64,000 nucleotides of DNA from Desulfobacteraceae bacterium Eth-SRB1 (GCA_004193555.1 RPGP01000029.1:36093-100092), one strand, 5' to 3'; shown: positions 39,246 through 49,774, counted from the first letter of the stretch. Numbers and translations are program-made. Notes: generated by a model not told the origin, from the letters alone.

Positions 39246-40774
39246 TGACGAAAAAAAAGAAAATAGAATTTGGTGATTTCCAAACACCAATTGAACTTAC
39301 CGATAATATATCAAAATTTATTAAAACCATTTTCCCCACACCAAACATTATTATCGAGCCAACATGTGGCTTAGGGAGTTTCGTTAAATCCTGTAAATCT
39401 ATTTGGGGAACAGATTGCTCTTATTATGGGTTCGATGTAAATCCTCAATATATTGAAAAATGTAATACGAACATTAATGACCGAGGTAATTGCCACTTTG
39501 AAGTGGCAAATTTTTTCCAGAAAAACTGGAAGGATCTGTTTCTTACTTACAAAAAATCTAAAGTTTTAGTAGTCGGAAATCCTCCGTGGGTTACGAATGC
39601 GGCTTTGGGTGTTCTCAACAGTAGCAATTTGCCTCAAAAATCTAACTTTCAGGGTTTAGGTGGTTTTGCAGCAAAAACAGGAAAAGCAAATTTCGACATA
39701 GCAGAATGGATGCTAATAAAATTAATTGAAAGCTTAAAGGGATGTAACGCATGCATAGCAATGTTATGTAAAACAGCAACTGCTAGAAAAGTTTTAAAAC
39801 ACTTTTGGATTAATAATAGCCAAATTAATAATAGTTTTATTCATTTAATTGATGCTAAACAGTATTTTAACGTATCTGTTGATGCTTGCTTATTTGTCAC
39901 TTTCGTAAATTCTAAAGATAAATCTAAAGACGCATATATTTATAATGATTTGTCTTTTAGAAATGAAGTAACTCATTTAGGTATATATGCTAATGAATTA
40001 ATAGCAAATATTGATGATTTTGAGAAGTATCGTGATGTAGATGGTATTGATTACTATAAATGGCGTTCTGGAATTAAGCATGATGCTTCTAGGGTAATGG
40101 AGTTAACAAAGGATAATGATAAATTTAAAAACGGTTTCGGAGAATACGTTGAGATAGAGAGTGAATATCTATATCCGCTTTTAAAATCATCAGATCTTGG
40201 CAATAATAGACTTACACCTCGAAAATATGTGATTGTTACTCAAAAGACCGTAGGAGAAAATACTATAGTAATAAAAAAAACTGCACCGAAAACATGGGCA
40301 TATCTGGAACAGTATTCTTCTATTTTGGATAGCAGAAAAAGTATTATTTATAAGAATCGTCCACGATTTTCTGTTTTCGGTATAGGTGATTATAGTTTTA
40401 CTTCATGGAAGGTTGCGATTTCTGGTCTTTATAAAGGGATTCATTTCTGTGCAATTGGGCAGTATGATAAAAAACCGATTATGGTAGATGATACTTGTTA
40501 TTTTATCCCATGTAGTTCAAAAGCTGAAGCAATACTTTTTGCTCAACAACTAAATTCTGAACCTTGCATGAAATTTCTTAAATCTTTAATATTTTTTGAT
40601 GCCAAGAGGCCAATTAATATAGATATTTTAAGAAGGATTGATTTTAAAAAACTTTCTGAAATAAATGAAAAAGAGGATGAAGTTTTAAAATTTTTGACTT
40701 ATGCCCAAGCTCCATTAACTCAACAACTCTCGTTGGTTTTTGAAAAAACGGAAGAATACCGAACAATCGGATGA
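39245..40774 (+). CDS. Cassette 2: N6-adenine DNA methyltransferase (gamma class)
   Basis: Motif I IEPTCGLGSF, motif IV GNPPW. Confidence 0.88.
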   Translation: MTKKKKIEFGDFQTPIELTDNISKFIKTIFPTPNIIIEPTCGLGSFVKSCKSIWGTDCSYYGFDVNPQYIEKCNTNINDRGNCHFEVANFFQKNWKDLFLTYKKSKVLVVGNPPWVTNAALGVLNSSNLPQKSNFQGLGGFAAKTGKANFDIAEWMLIKLIESLKGCNACIAMLCKTATARKVLKHFWINNSQINNSFIHLIDAKQYFNVSVDACLFVTFVNSKDKSKDAYIYNDLSFRNEVTHLGIYANELIANIDDFEKYRDVDGIDYYKWRSGIKHDASRVMELTKDNDKFKNGFGEYVEIESEYLYPLLKSSDLGNNRLTPRKYVIVTQKTVGENTIVIKKTAPKTWAYLEQYSSILDSRKSIIYKNRPRFSVFGIGDYSFTSWKVAISGLYKGIHFCAIGQYDKKPIMVDDTCYFIPCSSKAEAILFAQQLNSEPCMKFLKSLIFFDAKRPINIDILRRIDFKKLSEINEKEDEVLKFLTYAQAPLTQQLSLVFEKTEEYRTIG

Positions 40775-40830
40775 ACTCTGACTGAAAAAGCCTGGCCGTT
40801 TTTTGGTTTCTACAAATTTTGTTGTTTATC
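40758..40830 (+). other. attC site 2, left half (interrupted by IS21)
   Basis: R'' ACCGAAC is the complement of GTTCGGT at the start of cassette 2; L'' GGATGAACTCTGA; ends abruptly at TGTCAA. Confidence 0.85.
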
Positions 40831-40955
40831 TGTCAATGGACAATAATTTTGACCCACTACCGGACAATAAAACTGACCCACCCCCTGCACTTAGTTTAAA
40901 TTGATTTTTTGTTTGAGCCGATAGCTTTCACCCCCCATCATAAAAATATGTGAAC
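40831..40955 (-). mobile_element. IS21-family terminal region (probable right end)
   Basis: TGTCAATGGACAATAATTTTGACCCACTACCGGACAATAAAACTGACCCACC: TG start and tandem transposase-binding repeats. Confidence 0.75.
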
Positions 40956-42295
40956 CAAATGGCATTACCAAAGGCAGCCTGGATTAATAAACCATCACCG
41001 AGATAAAGAGAAGTGATTCGGTGATACACTAAATACTGATGGAGGTGTCTCATTTTCATTGACACATTCCGCATTACCTTTAATGGTTCTTAACCGTCAT
41101 ATTGAAATAATCATCAAGTGCATAATGTGCAAAGATATTTGGCTATCGGACTACGAACGCTTAGTAGCCTCCTTCATCACTTACCGTTAATTCTCCATTA
41201 CTGAGAATACCTGCCTTAAACATCCTTCGGATATATCTTAGGAAGCGTTTATCTTGTATCTTGCTGGACAATTGTTCCATCAGTAGTTCATGGTCAATTG
41301 TTCTAAAATAGTTTGACAAGTCAAGATCAATAACTTTCCTCACTGATTGGCTGTATAAATGTCTTCGAAGTTCTTTTAAAGCATCATGACACCCCAATTT
41401 TGGTCTAAGTCCATATGAGCTATTCCAAAATAAAGGTTCATAGATAGCTTCAAGTATTTTCTGCACTCCTTTCTGGACAATTTTATCTTCAAAATTGCCT
41501 ATTCCCAATGGTCTTGTAAGCACATTTCTTCCTTCTTTTAGAATTAGTATCTCACCAAGAATAAAGGGAATATGCAGGGGACATTGTTTTCAACTTTTTC
41601 AGTAGAGCATCGAGATTCTCCTCCAGATTTTCACCATACTTTTCTTTTGTCATACCATCAATACCAACCGCTGCTTTTCCTTTGAGCGACTGATACCAAT
41701 CCAGCAAATTCTCTTTATTGAAATGATGCATTAATTGATTAAATACCATTTCAGGATTATCTGCTGATAATTTACTTATTATTGCAAATTTTGTTTCCAT
41801 AATTACCGATATTCTGCGCTACTATCGTGTCGCTGCAATATCAATTATAACCTGGGCCTTCCTCCACCGGCGTTACCCGGTTTCAACAGTACTATGAGTC
41901 CTCCCCGACCTATTATTCGTCTCAATTTCCTTGCTTATTAGGCTTTGTAATTGATACTCCATCCATGGAGGAAACAGTAAGGTCTCCACGTTTATAAAAT
42001 AGCTTTGTTTACATGCCACGATCCTCGGGAGGTGCCATAACGTCTACCATTTGGCGTTGAGGATTTATGGTGTTGTTTGCCTTCTGACGCCGCGAGCGAA
42101 ATGAAAGCACCTCAAATGACAAAATTAACGGAACTCAATCGCTTCAACATATGTTTCGGCCCCACCTAAACTCTGCAATGCTGCAGCACAATGGCTTGTT
42201 ACCAGACGCTGCACAAGACTCGATAATCGATGTGCCGGGTCAAAGCACTTTCGATGTATTCACTTTCAGATGCCAGCTGGCACTTCGTGGCGCAC
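40955..42295 (-). repeat. Indel-rich inverted copy of 45754-47100 (group II intron 5' part, RT fragments and IS3 end)
   Basis: Same GTGCGCCACGAAGTG start, same RT peptide (frameshifted), same IS3 junction. Confidence 0.9.
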
Positions 42296-42315
42296 AGCGG
42301 TTTTTTGCGTCGGCT

Positions 42316-43180
42316 TCCGGGTAAAGGTACCGGTTACCCGGCGCCCTCCCCACAGACCCGTACGTGAAGCTTGCCCTCATACGGTTCCTCGATTCAGGCC
42401 CTTTTTACCGAGCCGTCAACCAATCAGGCGACACCCCGATTGGCGCATAACTTTGATGCCCATAGGCAAATCAAATATTATTGTGGACTATTCTGGGTAG
42501 CGGTAATGGGTGCGTTCTGCGCAAGTCTTCGAACAAGACGTTGCCAGTGTGACTGCGGCGGCTTAGCCACCTCCGCCACGCCCTCTCGGGATGTTCGAAC
42601 ACGACTTCCAGAGCCTTGTAATTACCACAAACTCCGTAGTACTGGTAAAAACCCCTTAACTTACTCCAGAGCACCTTGTACTGTTCTTTCATCGCATCAT
42701 GCCGGTTAGCCTTACACCATTGCCACAGCATCTTCATGAAACGGTGTAACCGCTTCCTCGCTGTTTTCTTCTTTATCACCCAATATCCTCTTCGAGACTT
42801 CCCCCAGTAAAATGTGAATCCAAGAAAGTCAAACGTTCCCTTTCCTTTCCGCACTACCTTTGAAGCCGGCTTCCTGAACGGAATTACCCTGGTTTTTTCC
42901 GGATGAAGGGCCAACCCATAGCGATTAAACCGCTTGGGCAATACGTCCATTATCCTTGCAGCGTCTGATTCCAGTTCACAACCTATTACGAAATCATCCG
43001 CCCAACGGATTATGAAGCATTTCCCTTTCATTCGGGGTAAAGCTTTCTTTACGACCCAGTCGTCGAGTACATAGTGGAGAAATATATTGGAAAGCACGGG
43101 CGAAATCACCCCGCCTTGGGGTGTGCCTTTCCCGGGATGAGAAAGAACTCCTTCCTCCATTACACCTGCATTCAACCATT
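42316..43180 (-). mobile_element. Group II intron A, 3' half: RT/maturase C-terminal part (ORF 42471-43175) plus domains V and VI
   Basis: GTPQGG, RWADD, LHPEKT; DV/DVI GGAACCGTATGAGGGCAAGCTTCACGTACGGGTCTGTGGG...TACCCGGA. Confidence 0.9.
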
Positions 43181-43194
43181 TGGACGCGGGCTTA

Positions 43195-44286
43195 GGGGAC
43201 GTTCTTCAGTTCATAAGTTTGTATCATCAATGAGTAAATATTGATGTTCTTTTGCGATTTTTTCACCCCGTTTTACAGACAAACTCACGGCTGGTTCAGA
43301 TAATTTCAGCTTACGTGAAAGTTCCGACATCCTCATTCCCAATTCCCTGACGGCCCAATAGCACAGCAAACTTCTTGCCTGAACTATGTGAGGATATTTT
43401 CCTTTTATCCACAAATCTTTGGCTTCAAGCCCCAATAGATGAGAAACCCGCCGGACAACCTTGTCAAGATCAAACCCCATGGCCTGAAGAGAATATTTTT
43501 TATCCAGTTTGTCTTGAGCAGCTTTAAGGACTGTATTGACAAAATCACCATCACCCAAAATACGCTCATCACCTTTTTGATAAACTCCGGCCCTTCGCAT
43601 TGATTTTGCTTCTGACCATCCACCTATGCTGCGTATTAAACCTCCACCAGTCAGATCAGTTCTTTTTCCGTCAGGAATTCCTTTCTTTACATAAGATCGA
43701 TATCGCCGCCTCGCAACAGAAACCTTTGTATCGAATAAACACAGGACAATCAAGGGGAATAGGGTACATTCTTCACATTGTAAGTTGCTAATATATAGAA
43801 AGAGTGACATAAAAAAATATGCCAAGAAAAGTCAGGATAGATGCATCTGGTGCTCTTCACCACATTATTGCCAGAGGCATTGATAGAAATACAATCTTTC
43901 AGGATGATTTTGACCGAAAGAACTTTATAGACAGTTTGGAAAGATGTCCATGACGCTTGTGCCTGCGATTATATGACATGGCATAACCGGTCAAAAGTCG
44001 TCTCATCACTGTTGCAACAGGAGCAAGACCGGTTCTGAGCAGCAAATGGAAATGATTCGGAATCAGCGCCCAGGCATAGCAGATTGTTTTGCTTTCATTT
44101 AGAATGGCAGGCAGCCTGTCTATAAAGTTCTTTCGGTCAAAATCGTCACCAATTGCCGACATAATCAATGCCTCTGCAAGCGTAGTAATTGAGAGCACCA
44201 GAGCATCTATCCTGGCTTTCCATGGCATATTTTTCTTGTGTCACACTTTCTATATATTAGCAACTTATAATGTGAAGAACGTCCCC
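43195..44286 (-). mobile_element. Y1 (HUH) RAYT-like transposase element with 25-bp terminal inverted repeats; centre disrupted
   Basis: MP.KARIDA..., YAWALIPNHFHLLLRTG, C-terminal HTH; TIRs GGGGACGTTCTTCAnnnnATAAGTT at 43195-43219 and 44262-44286; TA on both flanks. Confidence 0.8.
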
Positions 44287-44288
44287 TA

Positions 44289-44612
44289 TACCCCCCATTG
44301 CTTATACTCAACAGCAATTAAGTATGGTGCTGTAATGATAAAATCTGGACGGATAGTTTCTTCGCCGCAAAAGGTGAGTAGCACGTTCTTAACTCCCCAT
44401 ACGCACCTTCTGCCCCTCAATAAAGTTATATTGCCTTTCAAGGCATCATATATCCAGATTCGGAAAATGTTTCCAATGGTTCCATTTCGAACTTCCGGGT
44501 TTTGGATTTAAATTGCGGGTTGCCGACAATATATTTATGAACCTCCTCAATAAATTGGAATTGGACTTTAGCTGTTTTCTTCGATTACCAAGGCCCCCTC
44601 ACCTATTTTGAG
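44289..44612 (-). pseudogene. Remnant of cassette 3 (possible PD-(D/E)xK nuclease), cut by the RAYT element
   Basis: Follows R' of attC2; frameshifted peptide ending IRPDFIITAPYLIAVEYKQW. Confidence 0.35.
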
Positions 44613-44687
44613 CTATAACAACAAGGATAACCTGATGATGAAAGCAAAACAAATATGGCTACAAAAGCAAAGAAAGATTAGGTAAGC
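44613..44687 (-). other. attC site 2, right half (displaced and inverted)
   Basis: Minus strand TCAGGTTATCC-TTGTT-GTTATAG; TCAGGTTATCC pairs with GGAT[G]AAC[T]CTGA of the left half; abuts the IS21 left end. Confidence 0.75.
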
Positions 44688-45753
44688 TGTTAGCGGTCCG
44701 TTTATAATGACGGTAGCCGAACAATAAAACTGACCCACCCTCAAACAGTGCTTAACAGGCAGCATAATAAAAAAATTATTTACCATAATTAATATGTTGT
44801 AGGAGGTTCCTCATTATTTTCAATAAGGAGGAACAGATGTGAAGAAGATTGGAATAGCCAGGTTTACATAAAGATTAAATTGCTCTATGATGATGATGGC
44901 CAGCGGGTACATTTTAGCTCCGTGCCATTGCTATCAGACTTCAGGTATCGAGGAATACAATCGAAGATACCTGCAAATGAATGAGGAAGAGATCTGCAAG
45001 ATATGTAAAGCAAGAGACGGACAGAACTCGGTAAAATATAAAATTATATTATCTCCTGCTTGAAAATATGAAGAAATTATCTGCTGTTAAAATCAAACTT
45101 AAAATAGGGATAGTTTAACTGTCTCTAACGGGTCACCAGCCAAGGCGCTACGTAAACGGAATCAGGCAAACTATAGCCATTGAGAGCAGAAACGCTATTA
45201 TGAACCTGTTATGGATATGGTTCCAGGGAGTTCAGTGCTTGGTGAATCACGGAGAAATCAAGGAGGAATGTTCCTGTTGGCGATAAATTTATCACTATCC
45301 TATTTTGTAGTATTTGTTCTCTCTTTTTACGACAAATGCTTGTATGTTGCGGCCTCTAATCGGCCAATTAATACAGAAGGCATGTTTATCAAGGATGCAT
45401 GATGAGGGCCTTTTAGATACTTTGACGGTGTTTGTGAAATTATTATTCTATGACCAGACTAAGCTTGTTACAATCACCAGAAGGAGTTCAGAGGAGGAGT
45501 CTGGTTCAATGAAAGTTTTTTATCAATATGCTTCTGCGGCCCTTGGATATATACGAGGTATGTGAAGGATATTATGACCGAAACAAGAACCCAAGGGTCG
45601 AGTCCGGTGTAAAATATGTAAGAACGATTTTTTTTCTATGGCGACACATTTGATTCTTTTTGATCAGCTCAAGCACGAATCTTTGCAGTTAGATTGGATA
45701 CGGTTGCAAACAAAAAGCGTATTCACGGCTTACGAAAAAGCCGGAAGAACTTT
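44688..45753 (+). mobile_element. istA: IS21 left end and frameshifted 5' part of istA
   Basis: TGTTAGCGG...ACAATAAAACTGACCCACC; peptides RAIAIRLQVSRNTI, RYYEPVMDMVPG, YDQTKLV, ESGVKYV across frameshifts. Confidence 0.75.
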
Positions 45754-46988
45754 GTGCGCCACGAAGTGTAAAATAACTGGCATCTGAAAGTGAATGCATC
45801 GAAAGTGCAACCCAGCACATCGATTATCGAGTCTTGTGCGGTGTCTGGTAACAGGCACTGTAAAGCGTAGACAGAGAGTTTGTAGGCCGGAAACATATGT
45901 TGAAGTGATTGAGTTCCGTTAATTTTGTCATTTGAGGATGGCTGATGGCTTCGCGGCGTCAGAAAGCAATATCATAGCCGACACTAAATGGGGAGGAAGC
46001 TATGACACCTTCGGGATCGTAGAGCCTGGCATGCAAACAAAGCTATTTTATAAACGTGGGAGACCCTATTGTTTCTCCAAGGATAGAGTATCAATTACAA
46101 GCCTAATAAGCGAGAAAGTTGAGACGAATAATAGGGAGTCAGAGAACTCATAGTACTGAAGAAGCCGGGTAATGCCGGTGGAGGGAAGGGGTTCAGGTTA
46201 AATCGCTATTGTGAAGGACACATAATAGATAACACAGAATATCGGTGATTATGAGAACAAAATTTGCAATAATAAATAGATTATCAGCAGAAAATCCTGA
46301 AATGGTGTTTAATCAATTGATGCACCACTTCAATAAAGAAAATTTGCTGAATTGGTATCAATCGCTCAAAAGAAAAGCAGCGGTCGGTAGTGATGGTATG
46401 ACAAAAGAAGAATATGGTAAAAATCTTGAAGAGAATCTTGATACTCTACTGGAAAAGCTGAAGACAATGTCCTATGTTCCCGGTTCTGTAAAGCAAATAT
46501 TAATTCCTAAAGAAGGAAGTAAAGGAGCTACAAGACCATTGGGAATAGGCAATTTTGAAGATAAAATTGTCCAGAAAGGAGTGCAGAAAATACTTGAAGC
46601 TATCTATGAACCTTTATTTTGGAATAGCTCATATGGATTTAGACCAAAATTGGGGTGTCATGATGCTTTAAAAGAACTTCGAAGACATTTATACAGCCAA
46701 TCAGTGAGGAAAGTTATTGATCTTGACTTGTCAAACTATTTTGGAACAATTGACCATGAACTACTGATGGAACAATTGTCAAACAAGATACAAGATAAAC
46801 GCTTCCTAAGATATATCCGAAGGATGTTTAAGGCAGGTATTCTCAGTAATGGAGAATTAACGGTAAGTGATGAAGGAGTGCCACAAGGTAGTGTCTGTAG
46901 TCCGATATTAGCCAATATCTTTGCACATTATGCACTTGATGATTGGTTTAATATGACGGTTAAGAACCATTGTAAAGGTAATGCGGAA
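45754..46988 (+). mobile_element. Group II intron B, 5' half with RT N-terminal part (ORF from about 46251), truncated by IS3
   Basis: GTGCG 5' end; AAVGSDG, RPLGI, SYGFRP, DLSNYF, GVPQGS; stops before the YADD motif. Confidence 0.9.
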
Positions 46989-48558
46989 TGTGTCAATGAA
47001 AATGAGACACCTCCATCAGTAATTTAGTGTATCACCGAATCACTTTCATTCGGTGATGGTTTATTAATCCAGGCTGCCTTTGGTAATGCCATCGGTTTTG
47101 GAACCTTTCCCTTGAACCGGTTTGGATGTTTTTCAAAGGCTATTTTCAATACCTTTTCACGCTCTTTGATAATTTGTTCAGCCCGTCCATAATGTACATC
47201 TTCCGGTGTGACAAAACCAATACCTGAATGGTAGTGTCCTGTATTGTACCAAAGGAAGAAGCCATGACAAAAGAATCTGGCATCTTCAATAGCGCCAAAC
47301 CGCTCTGGAAACTCAGGCCGATATTTCATGGTCTTGAACTGCGATTCTGAATAAGGGTTGTCATTGCTGACGTAGGGTCTTGAATGACTTTTGGTAATCC
47401 CTAAATCAGCCAATAACAATGCCTTAAAATAATAAAGATGTTAATTGGCCTCTTGGCATCAAAAAATATTAAAATTTAAGAAATTTCATGCAAGGTTCAA
47501 ATTTAGTTGTTGAGGCAAAGTATTGCTTCAGCTTTTTGAACTACATGGGATAAAATAACAAGTATCATCTACCACTTAATCGGTTTTTATCATACTGCCC
47601 AATTGCACAAAATAAGATCGCTTTATAAAGACCAGAAATCGCAACCTTCCATGAAGTAAAACTATAATCCACCTATACCGAAACAGAAATCGTGGACCGA
47701 TTCTTATAAAAATAATACTTTTTCTGCTATCAAATAAGAATACTGTTCCAGATATGCCCATGTTTTAGTTTTTTTTTATTACTATAGTATTTTCTCCTAC
47801 AGTCTTTTTGAGTAGCTGTCATATTTTCGAGGGTGTAAGTCTATTATTGCCAAGATCTGATGATTTTAAAGCGGATATAGATATTCACTCTCTATCTCTT
47901 GTATTCTCGAAACCGTTTTTAAATTTATCATTATCCTTGTTAACTCCATTACCCGCAGAAGCATCGTAGCAATTTCCAGAACGCCATTTATAGTAATCAA
48001 TACCATCTACATCCGCGATACTTCTCCAAAATCATCAATATTTGCTATTAATTCATTAGCATATATACCTAAATGAGTTACTTCATTTCTAAAGACAAAT
48101 CATTATAAATATATGCGTCTTTAGATTTATCTTTAAATTTACAGAAGTGACAAATAAAGCAAGCATCAACAGATACGTTACAATACTGTTTAGCATCAGT
48201 GCCGTGAATAAAACTATTATTAATTTGTGTAATCAAAGTGTTTTAAAACTTTCACAGCAGTTGCTGTACATAAAGCATTGCTATGCATGCGTTACATCCT
48301 TTAAACTTTTCAATTAATTTTATTGGCATCCATTCTGCTATGTCGAAATTTGCTTTTCTGTTTGCTGCAAAACCTACACCTAAACACAAAGAGAGTTAGA
48401 TTTTGAGGGCAAATTGCTGTTGAGAACACACACCCAATTTGTTGCTTTGCTAACATGGGTTGCTATTGATGCATTCTTTAACATTTTATTTCTCCTTCCC
48501 GCCCTCTATAATATACACTAAATTATAGGTTGGGAAGTGTCTCACTTATATTGGCACA
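46989..48558 (-). mobile_element. IS3-family element, 1570 bp, interior overwritten
   Basis: 26-bp IRs TGTGTCAATGAAAATGAGACACCTCC (46989) and TGTGCCAATATAAGTGAGACACTTCC (48558); transposase C-terminus at 47024-47419 (SNDNPYSES, WYN...H); RBS and ATG at 48484. Confidence 0.85.
47425..48437 (-). repeat. Indel-rich inverted copy of the MTase gene segment 39605-40630
   Basis: Colinear reverse-complement match across about 1 kb with many small indels. Confidence 0.92.
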
Positions 48559-49367
48559 GAGGGTGGAACATCTTCAAGTGAAATAAATCTGAAAATATCT
48601 CTTAATATTCCAATGGTGCGGGGGATATTTTCATAGGCGAGTTTTCTGTTGAAATCCTTTTTTGCCCGCATTCGTGCGGCAAACAGGCCATAAGTGATTG
48701 TCTGGGAATAGAGATCTGCAAAGTCTTCTTTTGAAAGCCCGCTGATTAAAAACTGCCTGAATGCGTCATAAAATCCAAGGATAAAGCTTTTGCCGGTTTT
48801 TTCTTCCTCTGCCAGTTCATCGGCAATTACCTCGTTCTTTAAAAAGCTCGTGCGTTTTGCAAGCTCTATTGCCAGATTTTTTGCATTATAAACCTTGGGC
48901 AAAGAGAATGAATAAAACGCCTCCATCAATTTTGTAAAATCCGGTTCTTTTTCAACAGGAGGAATTGTTTTGAGCTTATGTACGATAAAGGGTCGTGCTA
49001 TTAATACTTTATTGACAAGAATGCCGTTTCGATAAAGCCTGAACTCGAAAAAATTGGTTAATATCAGGTTGGGGAAGGTTTTTCTGTATCTTTTTAGCTG
49101 TTCTGACTCTTCTATCAAATCCAGATTTTCAGTTGTTGGGGCTTTAGCTTCTATATATCCTACAATATGCTGCCTTCCATCCCAGACCCGGAAATCAGGA
49201 TTGCCTGCCTCGGTGGCTTTGGGGAGTGTGGTAATGTGTATTTTGCTTTTGCCGAAAGATTGCGCTATTTTTTTGAACAATTCATCAAGGGTTGCATAAT
49301 AACTTTCCTCCCTGGCATCCCCCTGATTTGCAATTTTAAATATTTTTTTCAGATAAGATTTCAGCAT
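48559..49367 (-). pseudogene. N-terminal part of a type IIG/ISP restriction-modification enzyme, truncated by IS3
   Basis: AREESYY, GNPDF...GYIEAK nuclease motif, FADLYSQTITYGLFAAR; frame runs into the IS3 IR. Confidence 0.8.
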
Positions 49368-49380
49368 TCAGATTGCCTGG

Positions 49381-49444
49381 ATTTAACATGTTAGATAAGA
49401 CCGTGGTTCGCTTCGCTCTCACGATCTATCTTTATTCGTTATGC
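49381..49444. other. attC site 3 (64 bp)
   Basis: ATTTAAC-ATGTT-AGATA[A]GACCGTG...CACGATCTATCT-TTATTC-GTTATGC. Confidence 0.65.
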
Positions 49445-49774
49445 TCCGGCGCTATGCTGTAAACTATTGCCGGTATCTTTAATAGGGATAATTCGTCGTT
49501 CAATATCCGTCCAAATTTTACGCTTCGTCATTCGCAGATTATATTCAGTTTGCAGATTCAGCCAAAACTGAGCTTCAACTCCAAAATACCGCTGTAGCCT
49601 CAAGGCTGTGTCAGCAGTAATGGACCTTTTTCCATTCACAATTTCACTTACCCTGTTGGGGGGAACTGAAAGCTCACGAGAAAGCTGATTAATGCTAATG
49701 TTTAATGGTTTCAGAAAATCCTCACGAAGGATTTCACCAGGTTTTATAGGGTCAAGATTTTTTTTTGTACTCAT
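49439..49774 (-). CDS. higA: HigA antitoxin
   Basis: PGEILRE, ITADTALRL, FWLNLQ. Confidence 0.93.
   Translation of the reverse strand: MSTKKNLDPIKPGEILREDFLKPLNISINQLSRELSVPPNRVSEIVNGKRSITADTALRLQRYFGVEAQFWLNLQTEYNLRMTKRKIWTDIERRIIPIKDTGNSLQHSAGA

Noticed and set aside
45211-45565. Small plus-strand ORFs 45211-45402 and 45314-45565 as independent genes
   Set aside because: They are pieces of the frameshifted istA
42316-46988. Retron or defence-associated RT, or a trans-spliced single intron from the two halves
   Set aside because: The two RT pieces overlap in the PQG region with different sequences, so they are two truncated mobile introns; no msr-msd or effector gene was seen
39605-48437. 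Diversity-generating retroelement (RT plus an intact and a diverged gene copy)
   Set aside because: The differences are mostly indels with no adenine bias, the copy is about 1 kb and inverted, and the RTs carry group II intron RNA ends (GTGCG, DV/DVI)
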